Assembly: GCA_964591255.1 (NCBI GenBank)
Contig: CAZQAA010000211.1
Location: 1 to 57,987, forward strand
DNA: 57,987 nt
DNA from: an uncultured Desulfobacterales bacterium
Lineage (GTDB): Bacteria > Desulfobacterota > DSM-4660 > Desulfatiglandales > Desulfatiglandaceae
Reading direction: 5' to 3'
Part shown: positions 18,079 through 28,490 of the stretch, piece by piece
How positions within the stretch are numbered: position 1 is the first letter of the stretch
How the letters are laid out: every line of letters starts with the position of its first letter
Position numbers and translations under genes: made by a program
The notes under the pieces: model-generated
The model's database searches: none
The model's input: only the letters and a program-made list of their open reading frames with translations
Told to the model about the DNA's origin: nothing

Positions 18079-20178
18079 ATGCAACAAATGGTTGATCAAA
18101 ATCAAGATTTACGAAACATAGGTATCAGTGCCCATATAGATTCGGGCAAGACCACTTTGACAGAACGTATACTCTATTACACCAAGAGGATCTTTGCCAT
18201 TCATGAGGTGAAGGGAAAAGACGGGGTGGGTGCCACTATGGACTCCATGGAACTGGAAAGGGAGAGGGGAATTACTATCTCTTCCGCGGCTACTCACTGT
18301 GAATGGAAAGGACACCATATAAACATTATAGATACGCCAGGACATGTGGATTTTACAATCGAGGTGGAAAGGGCCTTGAGGGTCATGGATGGGGCGGTTC
18401 TGATACTATGCGCCGTTGGGGGGGTCCAGTCTCAAACAGTGACTGTGGACCGTCAGATGAATAGGTATAAAGTGCCCAGGATAGCCTTTGTTAACAAATG
18501 CGACCGATCCGGGGCGGATCCTTTTATGGTGGTGGAGGATCTACGTCAAAAATTGAACCATAATGCCGTCCTGATGCAGATCCCTATAGGTCTGGAAGAT
18601 CGCCTTTCCGGTATAATAGACTTGATTTCCATGAAGGCACTCTATTTTAAGGGAGAGAGAGGCGAGGATGTGGTGACAGATGATATCCCGGCCGATCTTT
18701 TAGAGAAGGCTATGGTACATAGAGAAGAACTGCTGGAAGCTGCTTCCATGTTCTCGGATGAACTGCTTGAGGCCATCCTTGATGAAAATGTTAATGAAGA
18801 GATGATATTGGAGGCGGTGAGAAAGGGAACGCTTTCCAGAGAAATGATTCCTGTATTTATAGGATCTGCTTACAAGAATATAGGTGTTCAGCCTTTACTG
18901 GACGGGATAAGCAGATATCTTCCTGCGCCTCACGATGTCAAAAATGTTGCCCTTGACCTCGAACATAATGAAAAAGAGGTCCCTCTTAAGCCTGATCCCG
19001 GGCTCCCCGTAGTGGCCTTGGCATTCAAGCTTGAGATTACGCCATACGGACAGTTGACATATCTAAGGATATACCAGGGATCTGTCGGCAAAGGTGACGA
19101 CCTTATTATAACCCGCACGAGAAAAAAGATCAGGGTAGGCAGGCTGATCAGGATGCACGCAGATGAGATGGAAGATATTACAAGGGCTTATCCCGGTGAT
19201 ATCGTTGCACTGTTTGGTGTTGAATGTTATTCTGGAGACACCTTTACCGATGGTTCTGTGAATTACAGTATGTCAACCATGTTCGTTCCTGAACCGGTTA
19301 TCTCTCTAACCGTTTCGCCTGTTGATAAAAAGGACGACAGCAAATTGTCGAAGGCGCTAAGCCGCTTTACCAGGGAGGATCCAACATTCAGGTCCTATGT
19401 TGATCATGAATCGGGCGAGACCATAATATCGGGGATGGGGGAACTGCACCTCGAGATTTATCTGGAGAGGATGAGAAGGGAATTTGGTACGGAAGTGGTC
19501 ACCGGGACTCCCCAGGTCGCGTATCGGGAGGCGATTACCAGGAAGGCGCCGTTTGATTATATACACAAAAAACAGACAGGCGGGGCAGGGCAATATGGAC
19601 GCGTGGCGGGTTTTATTGAGCCGACTGAGGATGGCATTTATGAGTTTGTAAATGCAGTAAAAGGGGGAGCCATACCTTCCGAATTCATGCCCGCAGTTGA
19701 TGACGGTTTTCAATCCTGTCTCAGAAAAGGACAATTGATCGGATTTCCCGTGCTTGGCATGAAAGTGACGGTGAATGATGGAAAGGCCCATAGTGTCGAT
19801 TCTTCAGAAAGGGCATTTTTTACTGCGGCGGTAGGTGCCTTCAAGCAGGCCTATATGAAGGCAAAGCCGGTAATTCTTGAACCGGTGATGAAGGTATCTG
19901 TTGAAGCTCCTTCCGAGTTTCAGGGAAATGTCATGGCATCCTTGAATCAACGAAGGGGAGTTATTACAAGTTGCACGGAAAGCGGCATATTTACCCGTGT
20001 GGAGTCAGAAGTTCCCCTTGCGGAGATGTTTGGTTATGCTACCGTTTTACGGTCGTTGACTCAGGGGAAAGGGGAGTTTACCATGGAATTCTTAAGGTAC
20101 TTTAAGGTTCCTGAGTCCATGGCCGAGGAGCTAAGAGCTCGTATAAGGGAAGGCTCAAAGGAGAAAAAAGGATTATGA
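18079..20178 (+). CDS. fusA: Elongation factor G paralog (mitochondrial/spd-like EF-G1 type), outside any str operon
   Basis: The GTPase motifs are G1 [10 protein letters not shown]3 DTPGHVDF and G4 NKCD. The stretch [25 protein letters not shown] is, from memory, typical of the EF-G subfamily shared by mitochondria, spirochaetes, planctomycetes and deltaproteobacteria. It is 699 aa. Confidence 0.85.
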   Translation: MQQMVDQNQDLRNIGISAHIDSGKTTLTERILYYTKRIFAIHEVKGKDGVGATMDSMELERERGITISSAATHCEWKGHHINIIDTPGHVDFTIEVERALRVMDGAVLILCAVGGVQSQTVTVDRQMNRYKVPRIAFVNKCDRSGADPFMVVEDLRQKLNHNAVLMQIPIGLEDRLSGIIDLISMKALYFKGERGEDVVTDDIPADLLEKAMVHREELLEAASMFSDELLEAILDENVNEEMILEAVRKGTLSREMIPVFIGSAYKNIGVQPLLDGISRYLPAPHDVKNVALDLEHNEKEVPLKPDPGLPVVALAFKLEITPYGQLTYLRIYQGSVGKGDDLIITRTRKKIRVGRLIRMHADEMEDITRAYPGDIVALFGVECYSGDTFTDGSVNYSMSTMFVPEPVISLTVSPVDKKDDSKLSKALSRFTREDPTFRSYVDHESGETIISGMGELHLEIYLERMRREFGTEVVTGTPQVAYREAITRKAPFDYIHKKQTGGAGQYGRVAGFIEPTEDGIYEFVNAVKGGAIPSEFMPAVDDGFQSCLRKGQLIGFPVLGMKVTVNDGKAHSVDSSERAFFTAAVGAFKQAYMKAKPVILEPVMKVSVEAPSEFQGNVMASLNQRRGVITSCTESGIFTRVESEVPLAEMFGYATVLRSLTQGKGEFTMEFLRYFKVPESMAEELRARIREGSKEKKGL

Positions 20179-20870
20179 AAAATTTCATTTCAGTCAGCCC
20201 GTTGAAAGTGCTTGATCTGTCTTCACGTAAGTCTCTGGGAATTGGAAATCTTGGCGTAGTAATAGCAAGGGCGGGAGTAGGGAAGACCGCCTGTCTGATC
20301 CATATAGGACTCCACAGGATTTTTCAGGGAGGGAAAATAGTGCACGTTTCCTTGGATGGAGGACCTGATAAGGTGACGGCTGATTACAATGTCAGGGTGG
20401 ATGATATTATAAGATATACAAGTAATGGAGGCGAATACAGGACCCTGGTTGAGGAAAACAGGATGATCCTTGTCTATATGAACCAGACATTTGGCCCGGA
20501 AAGACTTCGTGCTAATCTGTCAAACTTGGCGGAAAACCTGGAGTTCAGACCGGATCTCCTTATTGTAGACGGGATCGATTTTGAGACAGCCGGGAGGACT
20601 CTTTTTGGGGACCTGAAAAATGTCGCCACAGAGTTTGCATTAGAGGTATGGCTGTCGGCCCTTTCCCATCGTCATATCCTCAAAGTTAATGACAGGGGAA
20701 TCCCGTATCCCTGTCATGAAGTTGATGATATTTTCAGTATTATTATGCAGCTGGAGCCTGCCACGTCAGGAATAGTTTTGAGGCTCCTGAAGGATCATGA
20801 TAATCCTGTCATCAGCAACGCTGAGGTAATGCTTGACCCTAACACCTTCCTGGTATTTGAGGAAGAATGA
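20175..20870 (+). CDS. Stand-alone RecA-superfamily P-loop protein (DnaB C-terminal/KaiC-like)
   Basis: The start overlaps the EF-G stop as ATGA. It has a Walker-A-like [13 protein letters not shown], then VHVSLDG, a Walker-B-like [11 protein letters not shown], and LSALSHR (compare the DnaB motifs ARPSMGKT, FSLEM, IDYLQL and LSQLNR). It is 231 aa. Confidence 0.45.
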   Translation: MKNFISVSPLKVLDLSSRKSLGIGNLGVVIARAGVGKTACLIHIGLHRIFQGGKIVHVSLDGGPDKVTADYNVRVDDIIRYTSNGGEYRTLVEENRMILVYMNQTFGPERLRANLSNLAENLEFRPDLLIVDGIDFETAGRTLFGDLKNVATEFALEVWLSALSHRHILKVNDRGIPYPCHEVDDIFSIIMQLEPATSGIVLRLLKDHDNPVISNAEVMLDPNTFLVFEEE

Positions 20871-20944
20871 GCCGGGGGTTGATCTTGCCAGGGGCAACAC
20901 ACGGCTCTGTGCCAGAAATCCGGCTGGTATGGAGGATTGATGCG

Positions 20945-22930
20945 TTATGAAAACTGGAGGCTGATCGCCTGTATGCGGTCCCTCAAAAGGGCGGCCTCCT
21001 CAAATTCCAACCGTTTGGATGCCTCTTCCATTCTCTTTGTAAGGTCTTTTATGAGGTTGGCGACCTTCTCTTGCGTCATATATTGTGCTTCTTCTTCAGC
21101 CACGACTGGGATGTCAGGGACTGCCATATAATCTGCCTCGCATATGGCACCTAAGACATTATTGATATTTTTCTGGATAGTAGTGGGTGTGATATTGTTG
21201 TTCCTGTTGTATTCTAACTGTTTTCGGCGGCGTCTATTACACTCTTCAATGGCCCGTTTTATTGAATCGGTCATGGTATCCGCGTAGAGTATGGCATTTC
21301 CATGGATATTTCGGGATGCCCTTCCGCAGGTCTGGATCAGGGATCTCTCTGAACGCAGGAATCCTTCTTTGTCGGCATCAAGGATTGCCACAAGTGATAC
21401 CTCAGGCAGATCCAATCCCTCCCGCAGCAGGTTGATTCCCACAAGTACATCAAATGTTCCCAATCGAAGATCCCGTATGATCTCCATCCGTTCCAGTGTG
21501 TTTATGTCTGAATGCATATACTTTACTTTTAATCCCAACTCGGCATAATACTCCGTAAGATCTTCTGCCATCCTCTTTGTCAATGTGGTAACAAGGACCC
21601 TTTCGTTTCGTTTGATCCGCTCCCTTATCCATCCCAGAAGGTCATCTATCTGGTTGGAGGCAGGTCTGACTACAATTTCTGGATCTATTAGGCCTGTAGG
21701 CCTTATAATCTGTTCCACGGTCATCTGGCTATTTTCCAGCTCGTAAGGTCCGGGGGTGGCGGAAACGTAGATGACCTGCTCAACTTTTGATTCGAATTCC
21801 TCAAATTTTAGTGGTCTGTTATCCAGAGCAGAGGGAAGACGAAAGCCATATTCCACCAGGGTCTCTTTCCTTGACCTGTCTCCGCGGTACATGCCGTTTA
21901 GCTGGGGAACAGTGATATGGCTTTCATCCAGTATGGTAAGGAATCCCCTTGGAAAGTAATCAAGGAGGGTTGGAGGGGGATCTCCGGGTTTTCTGCCGGT
22001 CAGGTGCCTGGAATAGTTCTCTATACCATGGCAATAGCCGATTTCGGACATCATCTCAAGGTCGAACATGGTCCTTTCTTCTATACGTTGGGCCTCCAGC
22101 AACTTGTTTTGCGATCTGAAATGTTCGATCTGTTCCTTCAGTTCCTCTTTGATCCGTTGAATGGCATTCTCCCTGACACCCACTGTGGCTACATAATGGC
22201 TGGCAGGGTAGACCGTGACCCTGCTCATGATCTTTATCGCCTTTCCGGTCAAGGGATCGATTTGGCGAATGGATTCCACTTCGTCGCCAAAGAAGGTGAT
22301 CCGTATTGCCCTGTCTTCTTCGTACACAGGATAAATGTCCAATACGTCTCCCCGGACCCGGAATCGTCCCCTGCAAAAATCGATTTCCCCCCGTTCGTAA
22401 TGGATTTCTACCAATTTTTTTACTGCAGTCTCCATGGCAAGCCCCTCACCAGTTTCAACATATAGAATCATGTCATGGTAGGCCTCTGGAGAACCGAGAC
22501 CGTAAATACAGGAAACGCTTGCCACTATAATGACATCATCTCTATCAAGAAGCGACCTGGTAGCCGCATGCCGCATCTTATCTATATTTTCATTTATGGA
22601 TGAATCCTTCTGGATATAGGTGTCTGATTGAGGAATATATGCCTCGGGCTGGTAGTAATCGTAATAACTTACGAAATACTCCACTGCATTTTTTGGGAAA
22701 AAACTCTTGAGTTCCCCATATAGCTGGGCGGCGAGGGTCTTGTTGGGTGCAATAACAAGGGTTGGTTTCTGGACCCGGGCTATGACATTTGCCACAGTGA
22801 AGGTCTTGCCTGATCCTGTGACCCCGAGTAATACCTGGTGGGAAAGGCCTTTATTAATTCCTTTTGAGAGCGTTTCTATGGCTTCTGGTTGATCCCCGCA
22901 AGGTGAAAAATCGGTAACGAGTTCAAACAT
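20945..22930 (-). CDS. uvrB: Excinuclease ABC subunit B
   Basis: It reads [18 protein letters not shown]...[10 protein letters not shown], with helicase motifs and the C-terminal UVR domain ([11 protein letters not shown]). I prefer the ATG at 22930 (8-nt overlap with the cysS stop) over the ORF-track start at 22972. Confidence 0.95.
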   Translation of the reverse strand: MFELVTDFSPCGDQPEAIETLSKGINKGLSHQVLLGVTGSGKTFTVANVIARVQKPTLVIAPNKTLAAQLYGELKSFFPKNAVEYFVSYYDYYQPEAYIPQSDTYIQKDSSINENIDKMRHAATRSLLDRDDVIIVASVSCIYGLGSPEAYHDMILYVETGEGLAMETAVKKLVEIHYERGEIDFCRGRFRVRGDVLDIYPVYEEDRAIRITFFGDEVESIRQIDPLTGKAIKIMSRVTVYPASHYVATVGVRENAIQRIKEELKEQIEHFRSQNKLLEAQRIEERTMFDLEMMSEIGYCHGIENYSRHLTGRKPGDPPPTLLDYFPRGFLTILDESHITVPQLNGMYRGDRSRKETLVEYGFRLPSALDNRPLKFEEFESKVEQVIYVSATPGPYELENSQMTVEQIIRPTGLIDPEIVVRPASNQIDDLLGWIRERIKRNERVLVTTLTKRMAEDLTEYYAELGLKVKYMHSDINTLERMEIIRDLRLGTFDVLVGINLLREGLDLPEVSLVAILDADKEGFLRSERSLIQTCGRASRNIHGNAILYADTMTDSIKRAIEECNRRRRKQLEYNRNNNITPTTIQKNINNVLGAICEADYMAVPDIPVVAEEEAQYMTQEKVANLIKDLTKRMEEASKRLEFEEAALLRDRIQAISLQFS

Positions 22931-24392
22931 CGAATCTCCAGATAGTGCCCCGGGCTCCGTCTTCCAGGACAATGCCCCTCTGTTTAAGCAGATCCCTGAT
23001 CTCGTCGGCCCTGTTCCATTCCTTCTGTTTTCTTGCAGCAGACCTTTCTTTAATCATTTCTCTGATCCAGGCCTCATCAATACGATCTGTTGGGCCTGAG
23101 ATCTGTCTGAAGAAGTCAGCCGGAGTTTCTTCAAGCAAACCAAGGATGCTGCAGGCGAGGAAAATCTGGCGGCGGTCATGATCGAGTTTTGCCCGATTGG
23201 TATCATCCACCGAATCACCACATGCATTCAATATCTTATTCATCTCTCTTACCTTGTCAAATATAAGCCCGATAGCCCCCGCAGTATTCAGGTCATCATC
23301 CATCGTGTTTATGAATTGTTCAAGGAATGAGCCATTCTGCCTCTCTCCGGACATGTCTGCAGGAAAACCGGCGGCCCGGGATATATCTCCATCAAATGCC
23401 CCTATAAGTTCTTCCAGTCTCTCAAGTGTCCTGTAGATACGGATAAGACCGGATTGCATGGACATGACAGCCTTTTTGCTGAAATCCAGTGGGCTCCTAT
23501 AGTGCCTGGAGAGCAAAAAGAGACGGAGGACCTGCGGGTGGTATATTTCAAGGGCATCACGGATGGTCAGAAAATTGCCTGTGGATTTGGACATTTTTTC
23601 CGATTCAATGGTGACAAATCCGTTGTGGATCCAGTACTTGGCAAATATGCCGCCGTTGGCGCACAAAGACTGGGCCCTTTCATTTTCATGATGTGGAAAC
23701 AGAAGATCCTTGCCTCCTCCATGGATATCAAAGGAAGGACCAAGGTAATGATTGCTCATTACAGAGCATTCCAGGTGCCAACCCGGCCTGCCAGGGCCCC
23801 ATGGGCTTTGCCATTTTGGTTCGTCAGGTTTGGCCGCTTTCCACAGGACAAAATCCATGGGATGTCTCTTTTTTTTGTCCACGGCAATCCTGCTTCCGGC
23901 ATTCATGTCTTCAAGCTTCCTGCCTGACAGTCGGCCATAATCCCTGAACTTTTCTACCGAAAAAAAGACGTCGCCTCCTTCCACATATGCATATCCTTTT
24001 TCGACCAGGGTTTTTACCATATCGATCATACCGCCAATATGCCTGGTGGCCCTTGGCTCAAAATCCGCCTTAAGCACATAAAGCCTTTCCATGTCTTCAT
24101 AAAAGGCATTGATGTATTCCAGGGCGAGGATATCGGTATCTTTCCCCGTTTCATGGGCTCTCGTTATGATTTTATCGTCAATGTCGGTAAAGTTGCGGAC
24201 ATATGTCACATCAAAGCCCTTTGCTCTAAGGTATCTTGAAAGGACATCGAATACGATTGCAGAGCGGGCATGCCCGATATGACATAAATCGTAGACAGTC
24301 ACCCCGCAGACATACATGCCCACTTTTCTGTCTTCGATAGGTTTAAAGACCTCTTTTCTGCGATTTGCCGTGTTATATAATTTGATGCCCAC
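22923..24392 (-). CDS. cysS: Cysteine--tRNA ligase
   Basis: Class I signatures are present: CHIGHARS (HIGH) and KMSKSTGN (KMSKS). The start is GTG. Confidence 0.95.
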   Translation of the reverse strand: MGIKLYNTANRRKEVFKPIEDRKVGMYVCGVTVYDLCHIGHARSAIVFDVLSRYLRAKGFDVTYVRNFTDIDDKIITRAHETGKDTDILALEYINAFYEDMERLYVLKADFEPRATRHIGGMIDMVKTLVEKGYAYVEGGDVFFSVEKFRDYGRLSGRKLEDMNAGSRIAVDKKKRHPMDFVLWKAAKPDEPKWQSPWGPGRPGWHLECSVMSNHYLGPSFDIHGGGKDLLFPHHENERAQSLCANGGIFAKYWIHNGFVTIESEKMSKSTGNFLTIRDALEIYHPQVLRLFLLSRHYRSPLDFSKKAVMSMQSGLIRIYRTLERLEELIGAFDGDISRAAGFPADMSGERQNGSFLEQFINTMDDDLNTAGAIGLIFDKVREMNKILNACGDSVDDTNRAKLDHDRRQIFLACSILGLLEETPADFFRQISGPTDRIDEAWIREMIKERSAARKQKEWNRADEIRDLLKQRGIVLEDGARGTIWRFDV

Positions 24393-24421
24393 CTGTTTAA
24401 CCCCCGGATGCTCCCATAGGA

Positions 24422-24946
24422 TCAGTCTGAATTTTCAGGATCGTCCTTATAATCAGGTCCTTCATGTTTTTCAATGCCTACCAGACTTACTACTGCAAAT
24501 GCCTCGATCCCCTCCTGTCTACCGCAAAATCCCAACCTTTCCGTGCTGGTCGCCTTGATGTTGATTATACTCGTGGATACCTCCGCTGCACGGGCTATAT
24601 TTTCCTGCATCATTTGTATAAAAGACGCCAGTTTTGGCCTTTCTGCAACAACGGTTGCGTCAAGATTATTCAGCCGAAATCCACCTTTTTTGGCCCATGT
24701 CATTACCCTTTTAAATAAAGAGATGCTGTTTGCATCCTTATAGGCCAGATCGCTGTCCGGAAAATGTCGCCCAATATCACCCATTCCCAGGGCACCAATT
24801 ATAGCATCAATTATGGCATGGATGAGGACGTCCGCATCGGAATGCCCTGCAAGCCCCCTGGGATGTGGGACATGGACACCGCCAAGGATCAGCCTCCTCC
24901 CCTTTACCAGTTGATGGACATCATATCCGAAACCTATGCGAAACAA
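24422..24946 (-). CDS. ispF: 2-C-methyl-D-erythritol 2,4-cyclodiphosphate synthase
   Basis: It reads FRIGFGYDVHQL...LGGV...GL.GHSDADVL.HA..DA..GA...GDIG..FPD. I prefer the TTG at 24946 (AGAGG lies 8 nt upstream) because the ORF-track start at 25036 would overlap the fmdB-like gene. Confidence 0.85.
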   Translation of the reverse strand: MFRIGFGYDVHQLVKGRRLILGGVHVPHPRGLAGHSDADVLIHAIIDAIIGALGMGDIGRHFPDSDLAYKDANSISLFKRVMTWAKKGGFRLNNLDATVVAERPKLASFIQMMQENIARAAEVSTSIINIKATSTERLGFCGRQEGIEAFAVVSLVGIEKHEGPDYKDDPENSD

Positions 24947-24959
24947 GCAATTACCTCTG

Positions 24960-25178
24960 TCAACGGCAGCTGCTGCAATTGGTACTGGAACAGGTAGCAC
25001 ATCCGGATGAACTTGCGGGGGAGGTAAATTCTCCATCGCTTTTAAAGGAGCATGCTGACATCAGTCGTTTTAGATTATCCCCATTACAGTGGGGGCATGG
25101 CACTTTATCGTCACTCCTTATAATTAATGCCTCAAAATTTTTCTTGCAGTCCAAACACCTGTATTCATAAATAGGCAT
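24960..25178 (-). CDS. FmdB-family zinc-ribbon protein, second copy
   Basis: It reads MPIYEYRCLDCKKNFE...CPHCNG, with a Ser/Cys-rich tail (SSSGCATCSSTNCSSC). Confidence 0.7.
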   Translation of the reverse strand: MPIYEYRCLDCKKNFEALIIRSDDKVPCPHCNGDNLKRLMSACSFKSDGEFTSPASSSGCATCSSTNCSSCR

Positions 25179-25183
25179 ATTGA

Positions 25184-26161
25184 TTACTCCTCATTCAATT
25201 CATTCAACAATTTTTTATCATGCAGCCCTTCAATGACCAGAGCGGTCAGGAGAGGAAACATGATCTCATGATGCCCTACCAAACTGTATCCTTTTCCGCC
25301 CTCCAAGGTGGGTCGGTGAACCACATTGGTCATGGGCCGATAATGTTTAATGAAATCCATATTGACAGTAGTGAAGCCTTTCACCTTGTATCCGATATTC
25401 CTCACAAGGGTCAGGGCCTTTAGAAATACCTCAGGTATAATCACAGCGGATCCGATGTTCATGAATATACCCCCTTCAAGTGAGGAAACTATGCGGCTGA
25501 ATATTCGGAAATCCAGATGAGATGTGTTGCCTATGGCCGCCCCGTCCACACCTGGATGAAAATGTATAATATCGGTTCCTATCGCCACGTGAACCGTTAC
25601 AGGTATTCCAAGCTCATAGGCCCTTGCGAGCAGGCTGTGATCTTTATAAGGAAAATTTTCCTTTGTCAACATGGCGCCTACTGATTTACCCAGTCCGAGA
25701 CCTGTCTTTGCACCTTCCGAGATGGCGGAATTCAGATATTTCCCTGTTTCTTCCGCCATGCCGAAGTTCCCTTCACCTATTTCTGCCGCCACGTCTTCAG
25801 AGGTATGCCCGACCATGGCAATCTCTGTATCATGAATTATGCAGGAACCGTTCATGGCTATGCCTGTGACAATGCCGCGCTCCATAAGGTCTATGATAAT
25901 GGGATTAAGCCCAACTTTTATGACATGCCCCCCCATACCCAAGACAATGGTTTTATGTAAAACAGCAGCCCGTACTATCCGGCCTGCAATCTCTCTCAGA
26001 TCATTTCCTGCCAATATCCCGGGCAAGGATTCCAGCCATTGGATCATTGATCCCCCCTTTTTCCAGGAATGGCCAAAATGCTCTATCTTTATTTTGCTTT
26101 CCCTATCTCTTAGGGAATAACGGTTTACTTTATCTAATGATATGGGAGCAACTTCTTTCAT
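25184..26161 (-). CDS. Conserved protein of unknown function, possibly deoxyhypusine-synthase-like (DHS-like NAD-binding fold)
   Basis: GMGGHVIKVGLNPIIIDLMERGIVTGIAMNGSCIIHDTE and GIPVTVHVAIGTDIIH loosely parallel DHS motifs, which I am recalling from memory. I prefer the ATG at 26161 (MKEVAPISL); the ORF-track start at 26275 would overlap gmhA. Confidence 0.3.
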   Translation of the reverse strand: MKEVAPISLDKVNRYSLRDRESKIKIEHFGHSWKKGGSMIQWLESLPGILAGNDLREIAGRIVRAAVLHKTIVLGMGGHVIKVGLNPIIIDLMERGIVTGIAMNGSCIIHDTEIAMVGHTSEDVAAEIGEGNFGMAEETGKYLNSAISEGAKTGLGLGKSVGAMLTKENFPYKDHSLLARAYELGIPVTVHVAIGTDIIHFHPGVDGAAIGNTSHLDFRIFSRIVSSLEGGIFMNIGSAVIIPEVFLKALTLVRNIGYKVKGFTTVNMDFIKHYRPMTNVVHRPTLEGGKGYSLVGHHEIMFPLLTALVIEGLHDKKLLNELNEE

Positions 26162-26172
26162 GTCTGGATCTG

Positions 26173-26757
26173 TTATTCTGCTATATGCCTTTGAAAAATG
26201 ATATGGTCTACAAGATGACACACGATATGTCCTGCAAGGATATGTGCCTCCTGGATCCTTGGTGTCTGGTCGCATCTTGCAATCAATGCAAGATCTACCA
26301 CCTCTCCTATCTTTCCACCATCTTTGCCCAGCAGAGCCCCGGTATATATGCCCTTGCTGCGGGCATCTTTGACAGCCGATAATACATTCTCCGAGTTTCC
26401 GCTAGTACTGATGGCCAGGAGCACGTCTCCTTCAGTTCCGAGTGCTTGTACCTGTTTAGAGAATATCTTGTCAAATGAATAGTCGTTTCCGATACTGGTA
26501 ATCACTGAGCTGTCGGTGGTAAGGGCTATGGCCGGAAAGGGTCGCCGTTCAATAGTGTACCGATTGACAAATTCCGCTGCAATATGTTGGGCATCGGCTG
26601 CGCTGCCGCCGTTTCCGCACAATAGTAGCTTGTGATTGCCGGTAAAGGCAGAGGCGATCTTTTCGGATAGGAGGATGAGCTCGGGGGTGTTCTCACGGAT
26701 AAACGCCCCTTTTACTTCCTGACTGTCTTTTAGGATTTCCTCAATAATAGCCTTCAT
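26173..26757 (-). CDS. gmhA: SIS-domain phosphoheptose isomerase (GmhA/DiaA family)
   Basis: It reads CGNGGSAADAQHIAAEF...AL..D.S..T.IGND..F...F..Q....G..GDVLLAISTSGNS.N. Confidence 0.75.
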   Translation of the reverse strand: MKAIIEEILKDSQEVKGAFIRENTPELILLSEKIASAFTGNHKLLLCGNGGSAADAQHIAAEFVNRYTIERRPFPAIALTTDSSVITSIGNDYSFDKIFSKQVQALGTEGDVLLAISTSGNSENVLSAVKDARSKGIYTGALLGKDGGKIGEVVDLALIARCDQTPRIQEAHILAGHIVCHLVDHIIFQRHIAE

Positions 26758-26793
26758 TTAATTATCTTCTCAAATATATTGCCCTGCTGATAT

Positions 26794-28227
26794 TTATTGT
26801 GTTGCCATATCAACTTTTAGGGCGGCAAGCTCGTTTATGGCTTTTGCAACCGTCCTCAGCTCTTTTTCCTGTATCGTCCTGACATCTAAGAGAATCTTTT
26901 CCTTCTCGACCCTTGTTATGATTGGCGGGTGGTAGGATCTGAACCATCTTTCAATAGACTGGGACGATAGTTTTTTGGGGACCACACACAAAAGACGGCT
27001 TGACAATTCGGATAACGGCAGGGCACCCCCGCCTGCCTTTGAATTCCCGTCCGTCAGCTCGATGGAAAAATTCAGGGTATCTGCTTTTCCAATCAATTTA
27101 AGGAGCCTCTGCGCCTTTTTTACCAATGAGCTATACGTCTGACATATCATTTTCATGGTAGGAATCTCTTTAATTGCGATCTGTTCATCCCTGTAAAGCC
27201 TTAAGGTCTCCTCCAGGGCCAACAGTGTCAACTTGTCAATCCTCAGGGCCCTGTTAAGCTGATTTTTTCTGATTGCGTCAACTATCTCCTTTCGCCCTAA
27301 AATTATTCCTGCCTGGGGACCGCCCAGCAACTTGTCACCACTAAAGGTAATTAGATCCACGCCTTGGGCCAGTACCTCCTGGACTGTAGGTTCCTTATGT
27401 ACACCGTATTGTGAAAGATCTATCAGACATCCACTCCCTAGATCCTCCATTACCGGAATACCGTATCGTCGTCCAAGATCCACAAGTTCGGAGACAGAGG
27501 GTTCCTCCGTGAAGCCGACAATTTCGAAGTTGCTCCTGTGAACCCTCAGCAGAAGAGCGGTGTCCGGGCCCATGACTTCTTCGTAATCCATAAGATGTGT
27601 CTTGTTTGTGGTTCCTACCTCTACCATCCTGGCGCCACTTTTTCGCATTACTTCAGGTATACGAAAAGAACCCCCTATCTCCACGAGTTGTCCCCTTGAT
27701 ACCACCACTTCACGTCCACTAGCCAGTGTCTCAAGAGAAATAAGCACGGCAGCGGCGTTGTTATTTACCACCATTGCTGCCTCGGCAGAGGTGAGTTCCT
27801 GGAGGATCCCCTCTATATGAGTGTATCTGTTTCCCCTTATTCCACGGTCAAGGTCATATTCCAGATTACTATAGCCCCCGGCCACAGTCCTGAGTCTTTT
27901 CAAGATCCTGTCGGCCAGGATGGATCGGCCTAAATTAGTGTGAACTATAACTCCTGTAGCGTTGATGACCTCTTTTAGACTTGGCATGGAGATTTCTCCA
28001 AGTTTTTCCACTACCTTTAATGAGACGTCCTCAGGGCTAAGCTGAGATTCTACCTGCCCGGTTGCGTTTTTTATCCTGGTGCGCAGTTCATCAAGGACCT
28101 GGTTTATAGCCTTTAGGATAAGACCGCGGGGATAGGTATCTGAAATTTCCATCAGCCGTGGGGTCATCAGTAAACGGTCTACTCCCGGAATTTTTCTGAG
28201 AATTTTCGCCTTATCGTTACCAGTCAC
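26794..28227 (-). CDS. selA: L-seryl-tRNA(Sec) selenium transferase
   Basis: It carries the PLP-lysine motif FSGDKLLGGPQAGIILG and the N-terminal IPGVDRLL typical of SelA. The start is GTG. Confidence 0.9.
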   Translation of the reverse strand: MTGNDKAKILRKIPGVDRLLMTPRLMEISDTYPRGLILKAINQVLDELRTRIKNATGQVESQLSPEDVSLKVVEKLGEISMPSLKEVINATGVIVHTNLGRSILADRILKRLRTVAGGYSNLEYDLDRGIRGNRYTHIEGILQELTSAEAAMVVNNNAAAVLISLETLASGREVVVSRGQLVEIGGSFRIPEVMRKSGARMVEVGTTNKTHLMDYEEVMGPDTALLLRVHRSNFEIVGFTEEPSVSELVDLGRRYGIPVMEDLGSGCLIDLSQYGVHKEPTVQEVLAQGVDLITFSGDKLLGGPQAGIILGRKEIVDAIRKNQLNRALRIDKLTLLALEETLRLYRDEQIAIKEIPTMKMICQTYSSLVKKAQRLLKLIGKADTLNFSIELTDGNSKAGGGALPLSELSSRLLCVVPKKLSSQSIERWFRSYHPPIITRVEKEKILLDVRTIQEKELRTVAKAINELAALKVDMATQ

Positions 28228-28286
28228 CAGTGCTCCCTTTTTAAACGGGGTTTATCTCCATTTTTGTTTATTTTATCCGCTAATTA

Positions 28287-28315
28287 ATAATAGGCAAAAG
28301 ATTTTGTTGCGTCAA
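28287..28315 (-). promoter_or_regulatory. Sigma-70 promoter candidate for selA
   Basis: On the minus strand: TTGACG (28315-28310), a 17-nt spacer, then TATTAT (28292-28287). Confidence 0.5.
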
Positions 28316-28390
28316 ATGGTTAATAGCCTGTACCTGAAAACTACATTCTACGATTAGGGGGCCAATGCCCCTGTTTTTCATTGACAAATC

Positions 28391-28419
28391 CGGCAGACTT
28401 TGATTATTAGAATCTGTTC
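28391..28419 (+). promoter_or_regulatory. Sigma-70 promoter candidate (extended -10)
   Basis: TTGACA (28391-28396), a 17-nt spacer ending in TGA, then TTATTA (28414-28419). Confidence 0.4.
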
Positions 28420-28490
28420 ACAGGTGAAAACTTGGTTACAATGACTCAAAATATCTACCATGGGTAACTGTCAGTTTTTATTGGAGGATT

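Noticed and set aside
20871-20944. Hairpin-rich convergent junction between the P-loop gene and uvrB (TTGCC-AGG-GGCAA, and GCCGG...CCGGC), considered as a bidirectional terminator.
   Set aside because: The stems are 5 bp or shorter, with no adjoining T- or A-tracts on either strand, so the support is insufficient.
28367-28381. A GGGGC-CAAT-GCCCC hairpin followed by TGTTTTT on the plus strand, which looks like an intrinsic terminator.
   Set aside because: No plus-strand gene lies upstream of it. It sits between the divergent selA and rhodanese promoters, and the stem is only 5 bp. At most it is a short palindromic protein-binding site.
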